A DNA stretch of 64,000 nucleotides. It comes from Eledone cirrhosa (taxonomy: Eukaryota). This document shows, in pieces, positions 1 through 12,059 of the stretch; within the stretch, counting starts at the first letter, position 1; every line of letters begins with the position of its first letter. Under the pieces are notes generated by a model. It saw only the letters and a program-made list of their open reading frames with translations. It did no database searches and was not told the DNA's origin. The stretch spans positions 38,874,001 through 38,938,000 of the forward strand of contig OZ024746.1 of assembly GCA_964016885.1 (NCBI GenBank), in the 5' to 3' direction. The position numbers were made by a program, and so were the translations under genes.

Positions 1-1085
1 AAAACTGAAATCAATCAGTTATTATAAGGGAGACTGTTGCAGAGTTGAAGAGAACAGATTAATGGTAGTGGTCGTGATGGGGGATAACTTGGTATTAATT
101 AGTATGAGGGGGAGGGCCAACAAAGCAGTGTGTGTGTTTCTGAAGGATTCGTCACAAATGGAGTGGTAATATTTCCAAGGATTTTTTTGTTTTGTTTTTC
201 CTAATTTCTCTGTCACACAAGAGAAAATTCTGAAGTAATTCGTAAGTCTTTGAATGAAGCAGCGAAAATAGAGCAGGTTTCATAATGATAGAACTAAGGT
301 AATGGAATGACTTGTGGGCGATGGTGATATAGGATAAGTAATGCTGTCAAAATATGCCAAACCTTCATCAGGAGGTGAATTACTACTCTCATTGAATTAC
401 TGAAACCACTTGATTTGGTGGCGTAATGGTAGCGTTGGTGAGGTTATTAAACAATGAGAATAAAACATTGTGGTAGGGTGTGGGACTTTTGTGTTATGTC
501 TGCAAGCGTTGATTTATACATTTTACTATCTAGTAAATTACATGTATATTCAAACCAGGTTTACAACGCATTGATTGAGTATTATTGAATTATGGTGTGA
601 GAGCCAAATGGGGAATTATTATTATTATTGGTTTTCCAATTGATTGTAGTTTTTGTTTGACTGAGAAAATGTTGATTAGCCGGTCAGACTAACGTGGCTA
701 CATGGACTTCTTTTAAACGAACATGTGTGCACAAGTAAATTTACAAGCACCTCAAATATTATGACGAGTGGATGGAGGGTGCTAAGAATACTAAGGTAAC
801 AATTTATAACAATATACATTAGGAGAAGTACGACTGAGGAATGTAGTGAATCCTAAATAAATATATGCTAAGATCCCTCATATATAATATAGTGAGTTGA
901 AAATGTTCTATCGACAGTGATTTAATTTAGTAATTAGTAGTCAAAAAGCTTCCTCTAGGAATGTCTAAAATCTAAAAACAAGCAAGGCAGAGAGCTCCAA
1001 TAAGATCAATTGACTGAAATGTTTTAAAGGACCAGATTAATGTGGATTTAGTCTTTAAATCCATTTGTTGGAAATAGCTGATCCA

Positions 1086-1126
1086 CTTGACATGATGTTT
1101 CAATCTTATTAGGCCTCTTCAGCAAG
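1086..1126 (-). ncRNA. degenerate hammerhead-ribozyme motif (Penelope-like remnant)
   Basis: Minus strand reads CCTTG-CTGAAGA-GGCC-TAATAA-GATT-GAAA-CATCATG-TC-AAG. Both core boxes, stem III ACAT/ATGT and a GUC triplet are present; stems I and II are decayed. Confidence 0.45.
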
Positions 1127-1179
1127 GTATATTCTACTCAGATGGCAAAACTAAGAGTGGTCGATTTAAATCGAAATAC

Positions 1180-1435
1180 AGCGGTTGTACCCCTGGCAGT
1201 GGAGACTTCTGGTGTCCTCGGCCCTATGGCTACCTCCCTACTCACCACCATAGACGCTGAGCTGGCCAGCCGCAGGTGTGAGCCCTGCGAGCTGGAGTGG
1301 CTTTTCCAGCGCGTCTCCCTTCCCGTCCTCCGGGGAAACGCCTTCTCCATTCTGTCCGTCGGGGCTGTGTGGGGGGCGGGAGTCACGTATCATTCCACTG
1401 AACCAAGTTTTTAAAGTTATTATTTGCACTATCAT
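1180..1435 (+). mobile_element. 3' fragment of an RLE-type non-LTR retrotransposon (CRE-like)
   Basis: GC-rich island encoding PLAVETSGVLGP...LFQRVSLPVLRGNAFSIL, matching the PxAxETxG...QRxSxxxxRGNA C-terminus of CRE-type restriction-like endonucleases. Confidence 0.7.
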
Positions 1436-1947
1436 ATATTTTGGTTTCTATTAATTCCCTGGAGAAATGGTTGACCAAATTCTTTGCTTAAGGAATGTAG
1501 TGATGCTAATTATGAATATCAACAATACTTCAGGTCAGTGGCATAGCCAGTGTTTGTGCTACATGAGTCAGACTTTGAGTAGACTTCCTCAAAATCTTAA
1601 GCCCACGCCAACCGGCTCACCTTTTCTCATTTATTCAGACTTGTATATAACATTATAGGAATATATATCGGTTCTATTGCTTCAATAATACTTTGCTCGC
1701 TTTAATCTATCCTCATACATCTCTAATGTTGAAGTTAATACTCTGAAATAGAATAATCTTATTAACAACTGATTACAGACATTGCATTTTAAATTTATGT
1801 CATTGTTTTCTACCTGTCCTCTAGTCATATGTCAGTTGTACAATAATGGTATATGTCAGAAATTCATTTATTTAGTGTTATATCTAACGTTATTGTTGTT
1901 TCTATGTTACCACCTTCATTGTTATTATTATTGCCGTTTGTTAACTT

Positions 1948-2235
1948 TGGTTAACTTTGCCTTTCATCCTTACGGGGTCGATAAAATAAAGTACCAGTAA
2001 TGTACTGGATAATTGATGGCCTTGTGCCAAAAGTAGAAACAAATATTATTGCCGTTTGTGATCTGAGTTCAAATCCCGCCGAGGTTAACTTTGCCTTTCA
2101 TCCTCACGGGGGTCGATAAAATAAAGTACTAGTAATGCACTGAGGTCGATTTATCCTTTATCGATTTTATCCTTTATCGACTTTATCCTTTCCCAAAATT
2201 GCTGGTCTTGTGCCTATATAAGAAACCATCATTAT
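1948..2235 (+). mobile_element. two partial copies of tRNA-derived SINE family A
   Basis: GAGTTCAAATCCCGCCGAGGTTAACTTTGCCTTTCATCC...GTCGATAAAATAAAGTAC body shared with many copies in the window. Confidence 0.8.
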
Positions 2236-2250
2236 TGCCGTTTCTAATGT

Positions 2251-2472
2251 TGTTATTTATGTTTGTATTCCGGCGGATTTCAGTAAAGGATTTTTCGATT
2301 TCTGACAAGGAACATACTAGGTTTATCTTGTTGTATACTGTGCACTTTGGTGATAGTTGTAGTATACGACTACCACTAAAGTTCACAGCATTCAAGATAA
2401 ACCTAGTATGATCCTTGTCGGAAATCGGAAAATCCTTTACTAAAATCCGTTGGAATACTAACATAAATAACA
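2251..2472. repeat. ~220-bp imperfect palindrome (MITE/fold-back)
   Basis: Arms 2251-2361 and 2365-2472 are reverse complements with a 3-nt loop; the ORF track shows near-identical peptides on both strands. Confidence 0.9.
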
Positions 2473-3409
2473 TTTATTTAGTCTTCGAAGAAATAGTTAT
2501 TAAAACACTCGTCTGTGCGATCTGTGAGAGCATTCTAAATACTGGAATGGAAAATTTGGCTTTTGGTATAAATCAATCAATAGCTTCTGTAATTAGATCA
2601 ATACAGTCATCCTCTGTTGTTAAATTTACTTATAATTATTGTAAAAAAAAACACATCAACATCATCGTCTAGCGTCCATTTCTCCACTCTTACATGGGCT
2701 TAGATGGGATGTCACATTATGAGACAATTCAGATCAGGTGACCATGTTTTGCTCATATGGACCTGTACTTTGGCTTGATTTCTATGGCTGGATGCCCTTC
2801 ATAATACCAATCACATTATAGAGTGGAGTGGGGACGTTTTATTGTACTTTTTATGGCACAAAAATGACCATCAAAAAGGGTAGACTGGGTGGTTTTCCAT
2901 CAAGTCACCAGCACAACTACCTTAGAGGGTGAACTGGGTGCTTTTTGTCATATCACCAGCAATGTCATAAAATTGTCATATCACTATGACAATTTTATGA
3001 AATTTGTTTTCTGGTTGTTTATGAATTGCAGGTGATGCATTTCTGTTGTAAAAATGTTGCCCAAGAGTGGAACCATGACCCTGAATTTTAACAAAAACAC
3101 TTTGCAGCTGCATTTATGATCCATATAGAAGTTTTGGTTTCACAAGCAATGTATGCAATCTTTTGGTTATTGATTGAAAATAAAAATAACTCAAATGTTT
3201 TGAACCAAACAAATCAATCAATGAAACTATGCTTAAGTCATCTCTTCTCTGTTTTCAGCTTCCTTGAATTTGGAGAGAGCTTAGCACTGAAAAAGTGGAG
3301 ATGTGTCGCCTAGTGGTAAGGGTGTTGGACTTACGATCATAATAAGTCACTATTTCTTCTACTGTAAAAAACAATTCTACATTTTCTGTTTGCAAGTTGA
3401 TCATCATCA

Positions 3410-4066
3410 TCATCATCATCCTCATTATCATCATCATCCCTATTTAACATTTTTTCCATGCTAGCATGGGTTAGATGGGTTGTCCCATTTGTGACAGGGT
3501 GGGTCAGGTGACCATGTCTTGCTCATATAGAACTGTTTCTAGGTAGATTTCTACAACTGGATGCCCTTCCTAATGCCAACCATATTTACAGTGTGGACTG
3601 GGTGCTTTTTGTCGTGAGACCTACACAACCACTTTACAGTGTGGACTTGGTGCTTTTTGTTGTGAGACCTACACAACCACTTTACAGTGTGGACTGGGTG
3701 CTTTTTGTTGTGAGACCTACATGACCACTTTACAATGTGGACTGGGTGCTTTTTGTCATGACACCTACATGACCACTTTACAATGTGGACTGGGTGCTTT
3801 TTGCCATGACACCTACATGACCACTTTACAATGTGATTGGGTGCTTTTTGCCATGACACCTACACGACCACTTTACAATGTGGACTGGGTGCTTTTTGCC
3901 ATGACACCTACACGACCACTTTACAATGTGGACTGGGTGCTTTTTGCCATGACACCTACACGACCACTTTACAATGTGGACTGGGTGCTTTTTGCCATGA
4001 CACCTACACGACCACTTTACAGTGTGAGCTGGGTGCTTTTTGTCATGACTCTTACACAACCACTTT
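3410..4066 (-). mobile_element. RTE-LINE 3'UTR-derived repeat with internal 48-bp minisatellite (~10 copies, 3586-4066)
   Basis: (CAT)n tail and CTGGATGCCCTTCCTAA motif match the reverse complement of 62290-62545; unit CTGGGTGCTTTTTGCCATGACACCTACACGACCACTTTACAATGTGGA. Confidence 0.85.
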
Positions 4067-4793
4067 AAATATTTCTGAGAAGAGTAGGTTCCATCAAGTT
4101 ACTTGATCTTATTTCCATAATATAAAGATGAAGACATCAATGTCTAAACAACTCAACTATCCAATTGTATTATGGGACATTGATGTTTTAACGAAATATC
4201 TAATAGTGGGTAAGCTATCCAACTGGCAGTGAATGCAGGAATCTGTCAGTTTAAAATGAGATCAATTTTGGTGTATATGTGTGTATGTGAATGGGTATAC
4301 AGTTAACTGGTTGAAGGTAATCAATGAAATATTTAATATCTGGTGGCAAACTATAGAATATCAATCAGCCATATAATAAATATTAGACAACTGTATTGGA
4401 ATCGCAGTTCACTTGATAATATTGGTTAACTAACTGTCTGTGTAGATCAGATATCTATATATGTAATCTATCATTTAGAATGAACCAACAAGGGAGTTTC
4501 TATATAGTCACATGCACTACTAGAAACAGTAGCTAAATCTTCATCAAAGTACATTGTAGTATTTTAAATAAAGAAAGATACATTAGACAATAAAGTCTTT
4601 TAAAAAAAAGAACACATTAGATAATATAGTGCTAGATACACTATACCTGATTTTTTTTAAATTATCTTGTACATTTTTTGGTCAGAGATCTGTTCACTTA
4701 ATGTATTTAAACAACATCATCAACATCATTATGATGATCTTCCTTTGCAACTGAGATTGACTATCACCAGTCTATCGATTCTGTACACTCTTT

Positions 4794-4816
4794 TTAACCC
4801 TTTAACATTTACATTA

Positions 4817-4868
<52 letters not shown>

Positions 4869-5056
4869 ATTTTCATGGTAAAGGCTTTATCTCATATAAT
4901 TATCTCACATAATATTGAATCTATGAGATTTTTATGTTATTTATTTTGAGAATAATACCTTAATGTCAGTTTGAGTAGCCAGCTACAGCCAGTTTGAACA
5001 GAAAGAGGTGAGGAAATTCTGGTCAGATACAGCCATTTTAAAGGCTAAAGGGTTAA
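4794..5056 (+). mobile_element. TTAA-flanked piggyBac-type MITE (family P1)
   Basis: TTAA-CCCTTTAACATTTA ... AAAGGCTAAAGGG-TTAA; body shared with other P1 copies. Confidence 0.75.
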
Positions 5057-6037
5057 ACAGTTGAAATAAGTTAACTTATTAACTAGTCACATTCATCATC
5101 ATCATCATCATCATCACAACTATCATTTTCTAGCATGGATAGACTGTACAGTTCTGCATTTCAGCATATTTTGTTGCTTAGGCTAGTTGATATAAATTCA
5201 AATATTGACTATATCACTTAATTTTTTTTTAAGGTCTCTGTCAGTAAGAGTTTACCATGTATCAACACATCAAAAGTTCCCTTCTAGGATCAAGGCCTGG
5301 GCAAGGTGTTTTATGAAAACCTAGCAGTTGAACAAGCAACAATTCTCCCTACTTTATATCTTAATATCCTGTAATGATTTATCAGAAAATATTTTAAAAC
5401 GGTTTTATTAAATCATATGTTTATAGCATCTTTACCCATGGACAGATTGCCTTAAGAAATGAGAATATTAGAGTAAAAGTTTTAATATTTAATGTGATAT
5501 AGTCATAAGTGCCATTTGTACTTTTTAAGAATGTTATTTTAATGTGATTTCATAATATTGTTTGGTACTTTTCAAGAATGTCATGCTAATGTGGTATCAT
5601 GTAGTACATGTCGTTAAGAGTTAAGCCACTGATGTTCAAGGAAAAAACAAGGGCTGATGCAGCTTGGCTCCAGTATCATCTCAGGTGAACACCAACATAA
5701 AAATCTAGAACAAATACCACAAGCCATTTTTTTCCAATGCTCTAGCAATTCAGTCAATCTTTCACCTTAGATTAATGCAAAGTTAACCTCAGAACAAATA
5801 CTGCAAGGTAAATTGTTTGATACTCTCATGATTCTGTTAAGTTAGGGGATTAATTAACTCTTACTTAAGATTAATTAAGTTAGAGGATTAATTACCTCTT
5901 AACATCCAATACCTCATAAAACTATATTAGCAAGACATTTTTAAAATATACAAAACAGCACTATGACAACATCCCATGTAAAATGTTAGTCTTTACTTTA
6001 GTTTACTGCAAATTTTCACAACAATCTACCCACTAGT

Positions 6038-6339
6038 CAGGGCCGGATTTAGACCTTGGGGGTCTCTGGGCACTTTGGTTTTTGGGGACCCCTCATACAC
6101 ATAAAATTAGAATACACAGCAAACCCCCTAATTTTACATATCAAAGTTAACTTGGCGCAAGTAACTGGAATTGAAAAGTTATACATACAGGTATTAAATT
6201 CAAAAAATCTAACCATCCTAAACCTAAAAATCTCATCAGAGAGCACAAATAAATAGCTACGACTGTGGGGCCCTCCACTGCAGGGAGCCCAAAGCAATTG
6301 CTCACCCCCACCCCCAACCCCCTATTAAATCTGGCCCTG
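6038..6339. mobile_element. hAT-superfamily MITE
   Basis: TIRs CAGGGCCGGATTTA / TAAATCTGGCCCTG and a perfect 8-bp TSD CCACTAGT (6030-6037, 6340-6347). Confidence 0.9.
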
Positions 6340-7400
6340 CCACTAGTAAAGACTCTAGAAACATTTGAATTAACAAACCCCATTTTTAGATATGTTCTGA
6401 TAGATCATTACTTGATGTTAAGAATTAATTAATAAACATAAGTTAACTAGACAAGCTAACAAATTTAATTAATTCACTAATTAATATATATTATAGTGGC
6501 TATTTGGAGAAATGGAATGATGATGTATTAATGACTAAAGAATACAATGGTGTGAGAGTATTAGCAGTAGTATGGTGGTTTCTGGAGTGGCATAAAAATA
6601 AGTATGAAGGGAAGCTGAATTCACATCACATCTGCATCCACAGTCACCTTCCTAGTTACCCAACGACAGATCAATAATAGTGGTGGTGGTGGTGGTAGTA
6701 TTATTATTAGTAGTGGTGGTGGGAGCAGTATTATTAGTGGTGGTGGTGATAGTAGTAGTATTAGTAGTAGTGGAGGTAGTAGCATAACAGAAATAGATGG
6801 ATGATTGAATGTGTATGTAATATTGAAATGCTATGTTAGTCCTTTTAATACCAAACTTCTGGAAACTGCTCTGGTTCTATGACACAAAACTGTTTGTATT
6901 TATCTAAAAACCTTCCATCAAAATTTTATGTCACGAACTTTGTTAAGTTATGTTCCAAACATCAACTTAATAATGAGAAAACTACTTACGTTTTTAAATC
7001 TCTCCAAATTCTTCAATATTTATAAAATTATTTGAAAATCAGATTTTAGGAATATGGTAATGAAAGAGATAATGATTTGGAGGGTAAATCCATTGCAGAT
7101 ATTTCTTTGTCATTCTATACTAGAAAATTATATTCTGCATTGTCTCACGCAGTTCAGCTAGGTTTTAGGAATCAGATATTTGTAATGAAACAACCAGGAA
7201 GACTATATTTCAATAAAGGACTCAATACTACATTTTAAAGTTTAAGGTAATTCACCTTACAGCTGTCCTGCTGTTTCACTGTCTTATTACATTATTTTGA
7301 GAGACCTCTCATGGTGTGATCTCTAAAGATAATGTGAAAAAACATTAAACCAGCAGGATAACTGTAAAGTCAATAACCTTAACACATACATACACATTCG

Positions 7401-7498
7401 TACATACATACATACATACATACATACATACATACATACATACATACATACATACATACATACATACATACATACATACATACATACATACATACATA
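7401..7498. repeat. (TACA)n microsatellite
   Basis: Direct reading. Confidence 0.95.
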
Positions 7499-7751
7499 CT
7501 CTCTCTATATATATATATAAGATTACTTTCAACCCATGTCAGTATGGAAAGTGAACATAAAAGCAATAATGAAGATGATGATGATGATGATTATATAAAA
7601 GAGGAAATTTATTTATAAGTTTTTCTATATGAAATAAAATAAAATGATTCAGCCTTATAACTCAGTTCAGCTCGTTGTTAGGAATCAGATATTTGTGATG
7701 AAACAATCAGGAAGACTCTATTTCAAAAAAGGACTCCATACTACATTTTAA

Positions 7752-7972
7752 CCCTTTAGCATTTATATTACGCTATATTTACTATTGTATTTTTGCAGTA
7801 AAGGCTTTATCTCACATAATTATCCCACATAATATCGAATCTACAAGATTTTGATATTATTTATTTTGAGAACAGTACCTTAACGTCTGTATGAGAGGCC
7901 GGTTACAGTCAGTTTAAACAGAAAGAGGTGAGAGAATTCTGGCCGGATATGGCCGGTTTAAATGCTAAAGGG
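7752..7972 (+). mobile_element. piggyBac-type MITE P1
   Basis: TIRs CCCTTTAGCATTTA / TAAATGCTAAAGGG, preceded by TTAA. Confidence 0.85.
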
Positions 7973-8003
7973 ATAAGGTTACTTCATAATAACCACCATT
8001 ATT

Positions 8004-8193
8004 CGGGGGATTGGCAGTATCGGTAGAAGGACAGACGTCATGCTTTGCAGCATAGAGTTATGGCCCTTTACGGTCTGAGTTCAAATCCCGCCGAGGTCAA
8101 CTTTGCCTTTCATCCTTACGAGGTCAATAAAAAAAGTACCAGTAATGCACTGGGGTAATTGCTGGCCTTGTGCCAAATGTAGAAACAATTATT
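8004..8193 (+). mobile_element. tRNA-derived SINE family A, near full length
   Basis: A-box-like TGGCAGTATCGG, B-box GAGTTCAAATCC, conserved central domain and an AATT/TAT tail. Confidence 0.85.
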
Positions 8194-8379
8194 TTTTTAC
8201 AGAAAATTAATGGTGTCATTTATTTTGTATTTGGTGTAGTATTTAATGATGGTTGTTGCACATATTTTTGTAATAAATAAATGGAAGAACCCATTATTCT
8301 CAAACTATATACCTTGCCCTGTGAAAATTTATACATCATTCCCTGGGTAAAAAAAAAATAGATTTTCTGTTTAGTAATA

Positions 8380-8572
8380 GTGGTTTCTTATATAGGCACA
8401 AGGCCAGCAATTTTGGGGGAGGGGAAAAACGATTAAATCAACCCCAGTGCATTACTGGTGCTTTATTTTATCGACCCCGTAAGGGTGAAAGGCAAAGTTA
8501 ACCTCGGCAGGACTTGAACTCTATGCTGCAAAGCATGGCGTCCGACCCTCTACCAATACTGCCAATCTACCA
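8380..8572 (-). mobile_element. SINE family A
   Basis: Reverse complement of the family A body. Confidence 0.8.
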
Positions 8573-8767
8573 CAGTGTTTGTTTATAAGTATGTGCATAC
8601 TTTTTTTTACTTTTTAATTAATACTTTTTTAATTACTCCTTCATTTCCAGGAACCCATGAAATTAAAAGAATTTAATAGTCAAATTCAATTATTTCCTAG
8701 ATTATCTGATCACAGTAAACCTTTTTTTATATTTGTGGAAATTTAGTTGTAAGAATGTTTTCAAATA

Positions 8768-8960
8768 AATAATTGTTTCTACTTTTAGCACAAGGCCAGC
8801 AATTACCCCAGTGCATTACTGGTACTTTATTTTATCGACCCCGTAAGGATGAAAGGCAACGTTAACTTCGGCGGGATTTGAACTCAGACCATAAAGGGCC
8901 GTAACTCTTTACTGCAAAGTATGGTGTCTGACCCTCTACCAATACTGCCAATCCACCGCC
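8768..8960 (-). mobile_element. SINE family A, full length
   Basis: Minus strand starts GGCGGTGGATTGGCAGTATTGG and carries a B-box and tail. Confidence 0.85.
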
Positions 8961-9719
8961 CTTCAAATAAATAATAGATATGTTTCTTTTATTTGCCACC
9001 AGGGCATCAAAAGTGGGACAAGTATAATGGGGGGAGTTTACACAAAAAGGCGTCCTCAATAAGGAGGAGGCAATAACAATATATAAAAATAAAATAAAAT
9101 ATAACAAAAAATAAAATATAGGTAGATAGACAGGTATCATGAAATTAAATGAATAGTTAAGATATTGAAGAAAAAAATCACCATTATCATAATAATCACT
9201 GTCAAACTCACATAAACACATACACATAAGTGTGTAGAGCACACACCAGTTTTGTCATATCTGGGTTGGATTAATATTTGTAATAGCATTAATAGTGAAG
9301 CAAGGTAAAGCAGGAAAGTTAATTGTTGTTACTGTCATTGTTGTTCTTATGATTATTGTAACAACTGTTCATGTATTTATAACTAATAATAAAGTATTTT
9401 TTTTTTAAATTGTTGCTCTTGACAGAATCGGTAGAGTGTCAGACAAATTATTTGTGGTAATTGGTCTGACTCTTTGTATTTTCATTTAAAATCTAACAGA
9501 ATCAACATTACCTTTTATTCTGCAGAGTTTGATAAATAAAGTATATATCACGTAATAGGGTCTGTTCTCCCCCTTCTCTCTCTTACTCTCTCTCTCTCTC
9601 ATACATACATACAAACATATATAGAGAGAGATATGTAAAACCCTGACTGCAGTGCCTGGCTTGTGTGTCATCACTGCAGACATATATATATATAAGTGGA
9701 TTCCCGATGTATATTGGAG

Positions 9720-9909
9720 GATGGGGTGTGACCACAATTAAAAATGATACTCAATATGTTAGTAGAGTATTGGCATTTTTATTTTATTATAGAAATTACT
9801 CCTGCAGAACTAGAACTGTTTCATTTGGAAGAAATCATCAGAACTTTCCTGAAGATTTCTTATGAATCAAACAGTTCTAGTCCTGTAGAAGTCATTTCTC
9901 TAATGAAAT
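9720..9909 (-). mobile_element. fold-back element with hammerhead-like boxes and a conserved tail
   Basis: Imperfect inverted arms 9781-9841 / 9849-9909, each reading CTGAWGA...(G/C)AAAC outward. The tail ACTCTACTA..TATTGAGTA..TGGTC is shared with 21651-21700. Confidence 0.55.
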
Positions 9910-9929
9910 ATTCTTTTTATTATTATTGG

Positions 9930-10130
9930 CATCCGTTTGTCTCGAAAGACCATGGATCTGTGCCTGGAGAATTTTGTGTCAGCTGCTGATGGCAATGCAA
10001 TGAAACTTGCCTCCGAAGTAAAACGTGCTCAAGAAAAGAACAACTCAGTAGCACTGGAGGAGAACATCTACAAATGCAGTTGCTGTATACAGGACTGCCA
10101 CTCATGTGTGGGCCTGTACAGCCACATACT
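9930..10130 (+). mobile_element. degenerate LINE 3' end (RTE-type C-terminal zinc finger)
   Basis: Peptide YKCSCCIQDCHSCVGLYSH resembles the CxxCxRxCxSRIGLxSH terminal motif of RTE-type ORFs; it is followed by (TA)n. Confidence 0.6.
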
Positions 10131-10336
10131 AATATATATATATATATATATATAAGGAAAGGGGTCACACAAGGGCAGGGAAGAAAACAGTTAAAATGTG
10201 AGAGTTTAAAACCAAAAATAAAAAAATGGAAAAATATGTGATTGATAAAATATATGCACTAAAATATGAATAATTTGTGTACATTGGTAATATTTACGCT
10301 GAGTAGAAAGAGAAGAGATCTGATGTTTCAGGTTAA

Positions 10337-10761
10337 CCCTTTAGCATTTATATTACTCTATATTTACTATTGTATTTTCATGGTAAACACTTTATTTCAC
10401 ATAATTATCTCACATAAAAGTATTTACTTTGGGCACAAAGCCAGCAATTACCCCCAGTGTATTACTGGTGCTTTATTTTATCGACGCTGTAAGGATGAAA
10501 GGTAAAGTTAACCTCAGCGAGATTTGAACTCAGATCATAAAGGGCTGTAACTCTATGCTGCAAAGCTTGACATCCGACCCTCTACTGATACTGCCAATCC
10601 ACCACCCTTTAATTATCTCACATAATATTAAATCTATGAGATTTTGATATTATTTATTTTGAGAACAATACCTAAACATAAGTATGAGAAACCAGCTATG
10701 GCCAGTTTGAACAAGAGATGAGAGAATTCTGGCCAGTACCGTCAGTTTAAATGCTGAAGGT
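10337..10761 (+). mobile_element. piggyBac-type MITE P1 interrupted by a minus-strand family A SINE (~10425-10607)
   Basis: P1 TIRs at both ends; the P1 body resumes after the SINE at TAATTATCTCACATAA. Confidence 0.8.
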
Positions 10762-11172
10762 TTAAACCTTTTATCAAATTATTGTAAGGAAAACAAAAGA
10801 AGAAGAAATAAGATAAAGTGTAAGAATAATACCAAATTCTAGAGTAGTTGCGGTTATCATTTTCTTTCTCATTATCTCAGAATGGGCTGCACTGTGACAT
10901 AGCCATGGGGGGCCACTCATTCTGTCTCAATCCTCCAAGCTATGGAGGCACTAGCAACAACTTCCTATTTAGCATGATAGGAATATCATCCAAAGAAACC
11001 AGGGGACAGGACAGGACAAGTGTAGACAAGTCACTGCTGTAAAACCATGGGATGGTTAAAGAAACAAAACTGTTAATCGTGTTGGAGTGTGGCTCAGGAT
11101 TTTTCTTTTTTTTTATCAGAAGTTATTTTCTGTGGAAGATAGCAAATTGGTAAAATCTTTAGTATGTCAGAT

Positions 11173-11357
11173 GTGGATTGGCAGTATCGGTAGAGGCTCA
11201 GACGCCCTGCTTTGCAGCACAGTTACATCCCTTTACGGACTGAGTTAAAATCCCGTCGAGGTTAACTTTGCCTTTCATCTTTACAGGGTCGATAAAATAA
11301 AGTACCAGTAATGTACTGAGTAATTGCTGGCCTTGTACCAAAAGTAGAAAGAATTAT
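11173..11357 (+). mobile_element. SINE family A
   Basis: Family consensus match. Confidence 0.8.
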
Positions 11358-11585
11358 GTAAGATAAAGCTGTTACCATAAAATACAATAGTATATAGAGA
11401 GTAATATAAATGCTAAAGGGTTAACACAAGGTTCACTCTGATCAAGTAGACTTATGGTGAAATGGTGTTCCTGCTGTAATCTCTTCATTTCTAAGTAAAT
11501 AATGTATCAAGGATTACATTCTCTCATGTGTCTCTTTTAGGATATAACTTGACTGCTATTTCTACCAGGCTGAACAATAACAAGC

Positions 11586-11772
11586 TTGGCAGTATTGGTA
11601 GAGGGTCTGACGCCATGCTTTGCAAGAAAGAGTTACGGCTCTTTATGGTCTGAGTTCAAATCCCGCCGAGGTTAACTTTGCCTTTCATCCTTATGGGGTC
11701 GATAAAATAAAGCACCAGTTATACACTGGGATGATTGTTGGCCTTGTGCCAAATGTAGAAACAATTATTATT
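11586..11772 (+). mobile_element. SINE family A
   Basis: Family consensus match. Confidence 0.8.
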
Positions 11773-12059
11773 AGCTACCCCAAGGATAGTGAATTGGTAG
11801 AATCACTAGGGTATTGGAGAAAATATGTGATATTTGTTCCGACTTTTTAAATTTTCATTTATAGCTTTTAGTTTATATCCTTCCCCCTAAATTGCTGGCC
11901 TTGTGCCTAAATTAGAAGCTGCCATTAGTTCATTTATTCTTGTTGTAGTTGTTTAGCACCAAATCAGTCATGTTTCAACAGACCTTTGGAAAAACTGCAT
12001 TCCAGGCATAACCACACCATTTTTTGTACATTCACAACTACATTGTCCAATTTATAATC

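Noticed and set aside
3551-4106. Cys/His-rich repeat ORFs
   Set aside because: They are by-products of the 48-bp minisatellite in a LINE 3'UTR.
7255-7345. Possible downstream exon of the minus-strand gene
   Set aside because: An acceptor-like site exists, but all three frames stop within 12 codons and nothing else supports it.
10848-11042. Possible plus-strand exon after a pyrimidine-rich AG
   Set aside because: It is short, has no recognisable motif and no partner exons.
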